A stretch of DNA of 64,000 bases from Octopus vulgaris (taxonomy: Eukaryota), in NCBI GenBank assembly GCA_951406725.2, contig OX597814.1, positions 180,172,001 to 180,236,000 on the forward strand, given 5' to 3'. The notes under the pieces were generated by a model. That model was not told the DNA's origin. It saw only the letters and a list, made by a program, of their open reading frames with translations, and did no database searches. This document shows, piece after piece, positions 52,491-64,000 of the stretch. The first letter of the stretch is position 1, and each line of letters begins with the position of its first letter. The position numbers were made by a program, and so were the translations under genes.

Positions 52491-52955
52491 GAATGTGTGT
52501 GTGTGTGTGTCTCTCTCTCTCTCTCGATATATATACATATATATATATATATGTACACATATACATATGTATGTACATATGTATGTGTGTATGTATAAAC
52601 CTAAGTAGTAAACATATAAACATAGCAAATTTAACTATTTCTCCCTAGATTGAGAAAAGGATGAGTAGCCTTTATTGATTTTCAAATGTTACTGAGTTCT
52701 TACCAGAGGTGTCTACATCATTTGACCAATCTCAGAGAAATAAGTAGGGAAACTGTTTATAAACTCAATAAATCCAGAAAGCTAACTCAAGCACTAATGT
52801 TTTTAATACTTTATATAACACCAGTGACCTGCCAATGGGAATCTCAATCCACACAGCATCAAGGTATAATATATATAACCTATGCAGTAGATGGACAAAA
52901 ATGACCAGTTTATTTATTTCTCCATAGATTGAAAAGAATTGATGAACAATCTTAA

Positions 52956-53178
52956 CCCTTTAGCATTTAAACTGGCCATATCAGGCAAAAATTGTTTACC
53001 TATTCTATGTTGGAACTGGCCAGATCTGGCCTCTCACACCTACTCTTCAATGACATTCTAAAAGTAAACAATCCGATAATTGAAATCTCAAAGCTACAAG
53101 ATAATACATGATTAATTCAAATTCACAATGTGAATAAATAAGCATTACATTTAACAGATTAATGTGAATGTGAAAGGA
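52956..53178. mobile_element. piggyBac-like MITE
   Basis: TTAA-CCCTTTAGCATT...AATGTGAAAGGA-TTAA. Confidence 0.55.
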
Positions 53179-53367
53179 TTAATAAATCTTTGAACCTTAT
53201 TGGCTCTCATCAGAGGTGTCTGCATCATTCGATCAATCCCAGATAAATAACCAGCCACTAAATATATGCTATAAACTTTATATAATTCCGTGTTTATATA
53301 CACATATATATGTATATGTTTCATGTACCAGAAGTTTGTATCTTATTTTACATATTATTTTTACTTA

Positions 53368-54119
53368 CTGTAAATCTTCGAGTATAATCTGCATTTTTTT
53401 CCCCAAATTTAAAGGTCAAAATCCATAGTGCGTACTATACACGAGGTTAAAATGAAAAATATTTTCTAAGCAATGTCTGAGTCTCTATTTGCTGTCTGGC
53501 AATGTTTATTCAGACGCATTTTGTGATGTCGGGCATGAAAATACCTTAAGCTAAGCCTGAAAGCAATGAAGTCATAAAAGATTCATCCATAACTTGCAGT
53601 AAACAACATTTATTAAAATAAAAGTATTCAGAACACAGAATAACATGTAACAAAAACAATTTGCAAACTCACGGAGTGGTTGGCGTTAGGAAGGGCATCC
53701 AGCTGTAGAAACACTGCCAGATCAGACTGGAGCCTGGTGTAGCCTTCTGGCTTCCCAGATCCCCTGTTGAACCGTCCAACCCATGCTAGCATGGAGAACG
53801 GACGTTAAACGATGATGATGATGATGATGATGATAACCCCCTAAAAATCCCCTGCGTATTATATTCAAGGGCAGACTATGTAACAAAAACAATTTGCAAA
53901 CATATTTACATTCCCATATAACAGTTAAGAACATCATTATTGTATTACGCATGCACGGAAGTGTTTGTTCGACTAGGTGCAGCTGGCTTAATTACGCACA
54001 ACTCAAGTTAGAGAAAGGGAGCGTATTATACACAAGGTTTAGGTTTTTCAGAGGTACAACCCCCCTAAAAATCCCCTGCATATTATACTCAAGGGCAGAC
54101 TATACTCGAGGATTTATGG
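53368..54119 (-). mobile_element. CCGTA-TIR MITE, copy 4, interrupted by an RTE-tail insertion (~53670-53835)
   Basis: Decayed TIRs CTGTAAATCTTCGAGTATA / TATACTCGAGGATTTATGG. tgtaacaaaaacaatttgcaaac is duplicated either side of the insert. Confidence 0.8.
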
Positions 54120-54698
54120 TACTTTACTAACTCCAATGATGAGTTAATTTCATACCATTTATACTTAACTTCCTGTGTCTTACAAAAATATCAATAATTC
54201 AATTTCAATGATGAGATTATTTTCTAATTAGATTATAATAAAATTTTTATTTCCATAATATTCTTTTTGACTTCATTCATTTCCTCTGTTTTAATGTGTT
54301 TTTTTTTTTTCTTGTCAGTTTCTGAATGGTTGTATAAAATGTTTGAGATAAACATTTGTCTGGCTACACTTATCATTATTAGACTCATGCAAAGGTGAGA
54401 TTTAAGCCTATTCATTTCACTTTAGCTGAATATATTTGGGAGTTAATAGCTGTATTAACCAGCTTTAATTACAATTCTCCAACACAAAATAATTTATACT
54501 AGTATATTAGAAAATATATACTAGTATCTTATTTAAAAGCTAGCACATGACTGTGTAGTAAGAAGTTTGATTTCCAACTACATGACTCTGGGTTCAAACC
54601 CACTGCATGGTTCCTTGGGTAGGTGTCTTCTACTATAGCCTCAGGCCACCTAAAGCCTTATGAGTGGATTTAATAGATGGAAACTGAAAGAAGCCCTT

Positions 54699-54729
<31 letters not shown>

Positions 54730-55027
54730 TTAGTTCAAATTTACAGAAAACAAAAGATGAAAACAGGTGAAGGAACATCAAACTGGTGTATTAGTTTAAT
54801 GCTTGGGAAGAATGGAAAAGTTATTGATGGCACTTATTCTATTGGTCCCTCTTCTTTTTTTTTTCCAAACTGCAAAGTTACGAGGTCATAAACAAACCAG
54901 CACCAGCTGTCAAGGAGTGGTGGGGGAAAACAAAAACAGACATAAAGGCACACATATATCATTATATTTATCTCTCTCTCTCTCTTTCGCTATATATATA
55001 TATATATATATATATGGACAGACAGAC

Positions 55028-55094
<67 letters not shown>

Positions 55095-55327
55095 TAGATA
55101 GATAGATTTACGACAGGCTTCTTACAGTTTCCATCTACCAAATCCACTCAAAAGGTTCTGATCAGCCTGAGACTATAGTAGAAGACACTAGCCCAAGATA
55201 TCAGGCAGAAGGATTGAACTCAGAACCATACAGTCATGCCCGAAAAATACATAAAAAAGATATAAGAAATAAATAGAATGCATATATGTATTGTAAAATA
55301 TTGCACTATTTCTGACTGGTGAGACTA

Positions 55328-55885
55328 TGAGGGAAGGAGGTGGAGGAGGACAATGATGATGATAAGGAGGAGGAGGAGGACAATGTGGTGGAGGAAGACA
55401 AGAAGATGAGGAGGAAAACTAGGTACACAAGGAGGGGGAGGAAGAAGATGAGGAGGAAGACTAGGAAGATGAGGTGGAGGAGGAGGAAGAAGACTAGGAA
55501 GATGAGGAGGAGGTGGAAAACGAGAAGGAGGAGGATGAAGACGAGGAGGAGGAAAAAGTAAGGTGAGGAGGAGGAGGAGGAAAAAATAACGTGAGGAGGA
55601 GGAGGAAAAAAATAACGTGAGGAGGAGGAGGAAGATGAGGAGAAAGAGGAGGAGGAGGAAGACGAGGACGAGGAGGGAGAAGTAGATGAGGACGAGGAGG
55701 AGGAAGAAGATGAGGACGAGGAGGAGGAAGAGGACGAGGAGGAGGAAGAAGACGAGGAGGAGGAAGAAGACGTAGAGGAGGAAGAAGACGAAGAGGAGGA
55801 GGAGGAGGAGAAAGAAGACGAGGAGGAGGAAGACTAGCAAGGCGAAGGGGAGGAAGAAGAGTAGGAAGATGAAGAGTAGGAGGGG
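55328..55885. repeat. Purine-rich GAG/GAA/GAC cryptic triplet repeat
   Basis: Direct inspection. Confidence 0.9.
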
Positions 55886-56159
55886 GGAACATTATATAGT
55901 GCACAAATGTTGCTTAAGTCACTGAACCAGTGAATAAAGTGCAAATGGAATGAAAGAAAAAAATATGTTAGTAAAGTAAAATAATTATTTTTAAAAATTT
56001 ACCTCTTTTTGAAGTCTGAAGTAGTAGTAATTTAATTTCAGTTATTTCTACTTCTGGTTAATTAAGACTAGAATCCACTTAAGACTTATTTAGTAGCATC
56101 TAGCAGAAGGTTAAATATTCTAGAATGATCGGCTGGTTTACATCTTTTCATCCTCATTG

Positions 56160-56190
<31 letters not shown>

Positions 56191-57438
56191 AATTATTATC
56201 ACCACCACCACCACCACTACAACTACAACCATCATCATCCTTATTCCTCATCATCATCATTGTGGTTGTCATCATCCTCATCATTATCACCACCACCACC
56301 ACTAACAACAACAACAACAACAGTGTGGAGACGCAATAGCCCAGTGGTTAGGGCAGCGGACTCATGGTTGTAAGAATGCGGTTTCGATTCCTAGACCAGG
56401 CATTGTGAGTGTTTATTGAGCAAAAACATTTAAGCTCCACGAGGCTCTGGTGGAGAGTTGTGGTGAACCCTGCTGTACTCTTTCACCACAACTTTCTCTC
56501 ACTCTTTCTTCCTACTTCTGCCACAAAGCAGAAGAACCATGGTGTAATCCACTATGGCGTTGTAAACTTTCAGACCCTAGTCTAAATTGCAAATCCTCTG
56601 TACCCTAGGATGGTTCAGCTCTCCACCCATTAAAAGCCACCATTTACGGTCTATCGCATGTGGTGGGTGGATCTTCAAGTTGCCACACGCATTCTTAGTA
56701 GCTTAGAGTAGGCTCGAATTAGAGATTATTCTTTGTGGCTAATGGCATGAGTCCTGATTGGAAGAAGAAGAAGAAGAAGAAGACAACTACCACCACCACC
56801 ATCACCACCACCATCATCATCACCACCGCCATCATCATTAACTGCTCATTGCTGTTGTTTCTATTGTTGTTTAGCCCCAGAACTCATCGCTGCTTGAACA
56901 GACAGACCTGTAGTTAAAAGCTTTCCAGAGATGACCTCCCTGTTTTTTTAAACAGAATATGCTATGGACTAAGGGGTAAAACCCGCTTCAGTCATGACTG
57001 ACCATGGGTTTGCACCTAGAAAGTTACCCTCAGAGGTATGAGTCTGGGCAAGGTTGTTTATGGAAGACCAGCAGTCATCCATGCATACCAGCCTCCCCTC
57101 TCCATGCCACCAATGTTATCCAAGGGAAAGGCAAAGGCCAATACAGCTTGGTAGCAGTGACATCACAACTTATTTCTACAGTTGAGTGAACTGGAGCAAT
57201 GTGAAATAAAGTGTCTTACTCAAGAACACAACAAACAGCCTGGTCTGTGAATCGAACTCATTACCTCATGATTGTGAGCCTAATGTCCTAGCCATAGAGC
57301 CATACACCATGGACTATTAGGATTATATTATCCAGAAGGCCTTTCCATTCTTTCAAGACATTAGACAGTGATTTTTTATTGTTAACCCTTACACATAGAG
57401 GATCTCTCATTTAGAATGCTTTTTTCATATTTAAATAG

Positions 57439-57505
57439 AAGAAAGAAAATCTTCTCAACTGCAGTAAAGAAAAGCCTGGAGGCAGCTAACAGATATTACC
57501 GACAG
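57439..57505 (+). other. Orphan exon candidate (RKKIFSTAVKKSLEAANRYYRQ)
   Basis: ttttcatatttaaatAG acceptor and consensus CAG|GTGAGT donor around an open, non-repetitive 67 nt; no partner exons identified. Confidence 0.25.
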
Positions 57506-58626
57506 GTGAGTAGCACAAAGAAATTTAAAGACGCAACAATGCTAATAAGCAGTGGCTCTCATGACTTCTGGTCTTAATTGATAGGAAGTGTTATTATATA
57601 TATGTTTTGTCTTGGTATAAAAGATAGGCTACAGCAAATATTCTGCTCAATACCACAGATTTACTCATCAGTTGCTTGACCTTAACCAGTTGAGCATGTC
57701 CCTTAGTGGCTGACAATATATGCATTTATGATCACAAATAGGAGTAGTGGGGGAGCATCATAGCTATGTGTTGAGAGGAATTCTTTGAGGTCTGGATAAT
57801 TCACCTCTAGAAATATGGGTGTTTTGTTCATCATCCTTAAACAAACCTTTTTCAGTTACTTTTTGAGTAAGGTGGGCTACACAACCTGAAGAAAATTCTA
57901 ACAGTATTCCACCTGCAAGGTCATGTGCTGTTTATCTTGGTATGAGATGATCATGTCACACACATATGATTGTGAAGCATGTGCCTGGTGTACCCGTACT
58001 AGATAAGTAGTCATGATGGGTATGTTGGGCTTCGTATATTTGTAACCCAGTGCCACTTTATCGATCCCAAAAGGATGAAAGGCAAGTCAACTTTGATGGA
58101 ATTCGAATAGTAATAATAATAATAATAATCCTTCTATTATAGGTACAAGGTTTGAAGTTTGGCAGGAGGGGACTAGTCAATTACATTGACCCCAGAATCT
58201 CACTGGTACTTAATTTATCGACCCTGAAAGGATGAAAAGCAAAGTCGGCTTCAGCAGAATTTGAACTCAGAATATAGTGACAGGCGGAATGCCACTGAGC
58301 ACTTCATCCAGTGTGCTAATGATTCTGCCAGCTTGCTGCCATTCAATAATAATAGTAATAAAGTAGAAGGCTGTAATGAGAAATGAACTTTAGAGTAGTT
58401 CAAATATGTTTGTGACATATTTCAACTTCTAAAAGCAATTTCACTGCAGTTTATCCCGAATAAAAAAATTCTCGTTTATGGTGGAAGGGGCAACTACACC
58501 ATTATCAGTTCAAAGTACCCTCTGTAGACAGCTAAATGTGCATTTCTGGCTCTTTTGCCATCCTCAGTAGCAGATACCAAAGAAAGGTAACCTTCAGCTG
58601 ACAGAAGGTCTGAGCTTTATAATAAA

Positions 58627-58992
58627 CTAGCAGTATCACCCGGCGTTGCTCGGGTTTGTTTCGATCCGCTGGAATTGTAATTTTTGAAAAGTAAAAATTT
58701 TGTGAACATTTTTCTGGTTGAAATACACCGAAAAGTGGCGACACAGCAGTGAAAAAATGGTAAAAAATAGGGATTTTCATAGAAAAAAGCAGCTTTTTTA
58801 TGTAAATAATTTTTTCGTGTTAACATGGTCCGATTTGAATTTTATGTTCTACGGAAGGAAGAGCAACCTTTCTTCTATCATACTCTCAATTTTGGTCAGC
58901 TTGCGCCGCAGGGTCTCGGAGGAGATAGTGTTAGTTGAAGGTTACCAAACCTGGCGCACACAGACAATTTCAGCTTTATATATAGAGAGAGA
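58627..58992 (-). mobile_element. Non-autonomous Helitron, same family as 23827-24214
   Basis: Colinear with the 23827 copy; 3' hairpin plus CTAG|T. Confidence 0.8.
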
Positions 58993-61029
58993 TAACACAC
59001 ACACACATTAATACACATACATAGACACACACATGTATGTATGTATATATGTACATCTGTCCACTTCTTGCCATATTTTTATCCTTCACTTCCTACACAT
59101 ACACACACTCACACACACACACACACACACACTTATTAGCTTACAATTTCTTTCTGTCAACAATTGACAACTGAAGTACGCTCGCCAATTAACACTACCA
59201 AAATTTAGCGACAGAAAGTAAATTAAAAACTAATTTACCTTTTCTGTTGAGTTATGGCAATTCGACCGTCGGTGTGTTTTTGCAAATGTGTTCGAATGAG
59301 AAGTGAGTTGTGTTTGGCGCCTTTTTTACTAATAACAAACACACACGTGTGTGTATGTGTGTTTGAGTGTTTGTATGTAGTTGTTTGAAACGTTTGTGTT
59401 TGTCACTGTCATATATGTATATGTTTTCGTGTGTATGCGTGTGTGAGGAATGGCAAACCAGATAGATAGAGCGCGAAGTTCTTTTGAAGTTCGCGCTCCG
59501 TTTGTGTGTGTGTGCGTGCTTTAGGTGTACGTAGGTATGTGTTTTTGTGTGTGTGTCACTGAAGCCATACATACATATATACATACATAACCTCTCTCTC
59601 TTCTTTTCTCTCTCAGTCACTCACTACAAAAAGTGAATAAAAAAAAGTTCAGTTATCTCTGTCTTTCACACATACACACACAGCACAACATTACTCTCTC
59701 TCTCTGTCTCTTTACACACACTAACAAAAGCACTTCACTTACACACCACACTTTCTGTGTCGCACACCCCATCAAACACACACACACACTCACGCACGCA
59801 CACATGTACATCAATGCTTCCGATGCACACCAACTTCAAAAGAACTTCCCGAAAAAAAAAACGGAGGAAAGCATTTGAAATGAGAGAGGCTATCGTATAT
59901 GTATATGTTTGCGTGTCTATGAGTGTGTACACTTGCAAAGAGAAAGTAGCAGAAAGTGTGGTAATAGTTTGAGTGAAGCAGTTGAAATTAGAGAGGCAAA
60001 TCGTAAAATATTTATTTTTCTCGAATTTTTGCTTAATTGGGGGTCAAATAGAAGAAACTTTACATGCCATGACCCAATCGAATCTACTTGTAAAAATCAT
60101 AGGTAAATTCCAATTGAAGAAATTCTATATTGTACAATTGTATAAAAAAACGAACGGTTTGGGAGGAAGAGAAAATCTGCCTTTTATCATAAGAATAAGA
60201 GATAAGAGATTAGTAAATACTAGTTACTGATTTGCAACAGTAGACTACCCATGTGACCAAATGCATAATTAGTAGCATGAAGCAGTTATGCGAAATAAAC
60301 GCAGGAGTGACTGTGTGGTAAGCAGCTTGCTTACTAACCACATGGCTCCGGGTTCAGTTCCACTGCATGGCACCTTGGGCAAGTGTCTTCTACTATAGCC
60401 TCAGGCTGACCAAAGCCTTGTGAGTGGATTTGGTAGACGAAAACTGAAAGAAGCCTGTCGTATATATGTATGTATATGTAAGTGTGTGTGTATATATTTG
60501 TGTGTCTGTATTTGTCCCCCCAACATCGCTTGACAACCGATGCTGGTGTGTTTACGTCCCCGTAACTTAGCGGTTCGGCAAAAGAGACCGATAGAATAAG
60601 TACTAGGCTTACAAAGAATAAGTCCTGGGGGGTGATTTGCTCGACTAAAGGTGGTGCTCTCAAGAGATGAAGGGAAATAGGCCAACCAGGTTATTCTTAT
60701 CAACACTCAAATGTTATCTAAGAACTTTGCTGCTCTTCCCTGTCAGTGATGCTCACTGAATTGCTAACGTGAAACTTCCAGACTGCATTGTCTGACTTGT
60801 AGAGGGGTGTGAACATCTGACAACATTACGGATGCTAATTTTAGTCCTTGCTTGACACAGGACTGTAGCTCCGTCGAAGAGACGAGCTGCGGGAAGGAGA
60901 TCACATCTGCTCACCAAGATTCCGCAGCTTCTGCACATGTCTAGGTCTCAACATTAACGGTGCGCTGATATGCCGAGAGCTCTTCATGTAGAGAGTGTTA
61001 ATAATAAATGTAATAGACGATATACTGCG

Positions 61030-63420
61030 TAAACTGGCATGGAAAACCATTCGACTGGAAATCACCAGGTCCGAATGGACTGAAGAGGTTACTGGATTAA
61101 GAATTTAATGTCAATGTGTCAGAGGGTAACGTAAGTGTTTGACAAAAGTTTCGACTATAGACTCCAACAGCAATAATAGTAAAAGATGAAACATTGGTAA
61201 ATGAAGCAACCAACTACAGACCTATCACCAATCTTCCATTAATTTGGAAATTACTGACCAGCATAATCTCCGAAGTAATCTTTCAATATTTAAATAACAA
61301 CAAACTGTTGACAGAGCATAAAAGTTACCGAAAATACAAAAGAATAGTAGGTAAAGCAATTGTTCGAGATGGTAAAAGAACAAAAAGAAAAATTAGCTAT
61401 GACCTGGCTTGATTATATTGGGTTGTCCGGAAAGTTTGTGCCGATTTTTAAAGGAAAGAAAAAGGTCAATAAATACTTGCCATTACATTTTTAATCAACC
61501 AAATATGAACCATTTTGTTGGACAAAGCGTCTCCATCTCTCCTTTAACTTGAAAATACCCTCTTCCCAGAATTGAGGTGCCTGGGAGGGAAAGTCGAAAG
61601 GTAAAGCTACTATAAATCGGCACGAACTTTCCGGACAACCCAATAAAATAGCTTTCGTTTTTGGTCTCGCGTTCCTGGTTCAAATGCCAAGGCATATTCA
61701 AAATAATCATTTCTCAGATATCGTATGGTCCAATGGGAGACAGAACTCACATTGGGCAGTGAGAAACTAGAGAGAGTAATAATAAAAGAAGAAATAGTCC
61801 AAGAGGATAATCTATTACCATTACTATTTACAGTCTTATCATATGGTTCACATCTTATAAGAAGTGGACATGAAATAAGAGAAGTTGAACAAACCATTAA
61901 TCATCTTTTTTTTTTTTTTTTTGAGGATGATCAGAAATTATAAGGTAAGAATTTAAAAAGTAACTTGACACTTTGGTGAAAAGCGTCAGAATATTCACTG
62001 AGGACGTATAAATGGAATTCAACATTAATAAGCGTAACACCCTGGCCATAAAGACATGGAAAATGTTTGAAACAGGTGGAATTGAGTTCTGCACAGATGG
62101 ATGTATAAAGTAGGTTGACAATGAAATCGTGTACAAGTACTTAAGAGTTTTAGAAGTTGATAGGTTAAAAGGAAAAAAAAAAAAAGGAAAAAGTCACTGA
62201 AAAACGAATACATAAGAAAAGTCATGAAAATATTTCGGAGATTATTGACTATTTTTTCACTCTTAATTCTCCGAACGCCACCTTTAATTTGATTAAATTG
62301 ATGTCTACAAAATAGGTGATTATAAATATATACTATTATCGATTGAACTGACGGTAAAATAAAAAAAATTATTCCATACGCACACGGGACACAAATATAC
62401 ACACAGACCTGAACAATAGAAATATGACCATAGCTAACAACTCACGTGCTGTCTCAGACATTGCATATACAGCAGTCATCTCTAATTAGAATATCCAAGA
62501 ACTATAGGCTTTTAGTAGGAAAAGTAGGGGGCAGCTGGCGATGTTGAACATGCCTCACAAAAAGATGATAGGTTATACGACACGTAGTTGCTGCTTTGGA
62601 AGCCCAGTAGGTAAAAGTGTTTAGAAGTAGTAACATAACATACAAGTGGAAGTTTCAAATCTCTACTATGAACTATAATTATTTCAGGCGGCGAGCTGGC
62701 AGAATCGTTAGCACGCCAGGCGAAATGCGTAGCCATATTTCGTCTGCCGTTACGTTCTGAGTTCAAATTCCGCCGAGGTCGACTTTGCTTTTCATCCTTT
62801 CGATTGTGTTCAGGTGTGAAAGGGAGAATTGGGAGGTGAAAGACACAAGAATGAGCGACGAATTCGTGGAAAATATGGAGGAGTATTTCGGAGTAAGAAT
62901 GGATATGGAAGGTCTTCGTATTGGGAATGAACATTTAAGTGACAGTCGATTAAATTAGTACCAGTTACGCACTGGTGCGTAACTGGTACTTGTATAATCG
63001 ACTTAATCCGTTTGTCAGTCTTTGTTTGTCCTCTGTGTTTAGCCCCTTGTGGGTAGTAAAGAAATAGGTTATACGACACGCAGTGAGAGGTTTATCGGAG
63101 AAGATTGTGTTGTAATGGAGCAACACTGCAAAAGTGTGGCAGAAAATTTTCAAAATATATTTAATGATGTGAAAATATGAAAAATACCAGGAAAGAAAAA
63201 GTTGATATCAAGGAAAGCATGAAAGAAAACTGGAAGAGGAAAACATGCATGGAACTTTCTTCAAGAACATTGAATTCAGAAGCACTAAGATTTGAAGCTA
63301 AAGAAATGGAAATTGAAGAATATCACACAAGGTAATATAATGATAGTCTAAAACCAGGCTGTAAGGACACAGGAAATCTGAAGACACGGGGAAGGAAGAT
63401 ATATAGCCACTATGTCGCTT
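61030..63420 (+). mobile_element. R4/Dong-like (RLE-type) LINE relic, interrupted by mariner MITE and SINEs
   Basis: WKSPGPNG..YWIKNL (~61055), NYRPITNLPLIWKLLTSII, IVQEDNLLPLLF, INHLFF..DDQKL, W.RK.MHG (~63232). Confidence 0.75.
61418..61643 (-). mobile_element. MITE derivative of the same mariner family
   Basis: Same TIRs, TA on both sides; internal sequence matches the ends of 18644-19209 in reverse orientation. Confidence 0.9.
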
Positions 63421-63502
63421 ATGTAGCGAAAAGAAAGAAACTGTTGCTCACTTTGTATTGAAGGCTAAGAACCTGATGCTTATACGATACAAAGACTGAA
63501 GT

Positions 63503-63731
63503 AGGCGAGCTGGCAGAATCGTTAGCACATCGGGCGAAATGCTTAGCGGTATTTCGTCTGTCGTTACGTTCTGAGTTCAAATTCCGCCGAGGTCGACTTT
63601 GCCTTTCATTCTTTCGGAGTCGATAAATAAAGTACCAGTTTCGCACTGGGGTTGATGTAATCGACTTAATCCGTTTGTTTGTCCTTGTTTCTCCTCTTTG
63701 TGTTTAGCCCCTTGTGGGTAGTAAAGAAAAA
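63503..63731 (+). mobile_element. SINE family 1 copy with 22-bp TSD
   Basis: TATACGATACAAAGACTGAAGT at 63481-63502 and 63732-63753. Confidence 0.9.
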
Positions 63732-64000
63732 TATACGATACAAAGACTGAAGTTACAAAAGTACGTTAGTTATAAAGTGACAATTATGTAAGGTACATAA
63801 TTGGTATGAGTACAGATCGACGTATAGGGTATTGGTAGCTGATGAATCACTTGACAAATTATAAGTGTCAATTTCGGCAGAAAAAAACCCCCAAAAAACA
63901 AAACAAAAACGAACGAGCATATGCTCCAGTTGGGCTAGATACAAGGTGAAGGAAGTCTTGATGGACAGGCAGTAAATCATAATGGAAGTGATGTAGGCAT

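Noticed and set aside
55325-55904. Poly-Leu, poly-Pro and acidic ORFs
   Set aside because: GAG-rich simple repeat; the poly-Glu frame is interrupted by stops and frame slips.

Overview
AT-rich, microsatellite-saturated animal genomic DNA. The SINE, LINE and MITE repertoire looks like octopus or another coleoid cephalopod (my recognition, not database-verified). One protein-coding gene is well supported: five + strand exons (12919-12997, 19267-19636, 22104-22187, 27846-27961, 40490-40900) splice in frame with GT-AG sites. They encode the C-terminal ~352 aa of a divergent nicotinic-acetylcholine-receptor-like Cys-loop channel subunit whose 5' exons were not found in the window. It lacks the loop-B Trp and the vicinal loop-C cysteines (it has CxxC) and has an unusual M2 pore. 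Its introns hold at least four fold-back elements carrying minimal type-I hammerhead ribozyme motifs of the Penelope-like/retrozyme type. Two are ~358-nt circularly permuted units inserted in (TA)n, and one family has a compensatory G3:C8 core swap. The rest is tRNA-derived SINEs, RTE, R4/Dong-like and CR1-like LINE relics, mariner, Merlin, hAT and piggyBac-like elements, non-autonomous Helitrons and simple repeats. An apparent CpG-depleted domain spans ~32.4-59 kb. Nearly all ORF-track entries are microsatellite or SINE artefacts.
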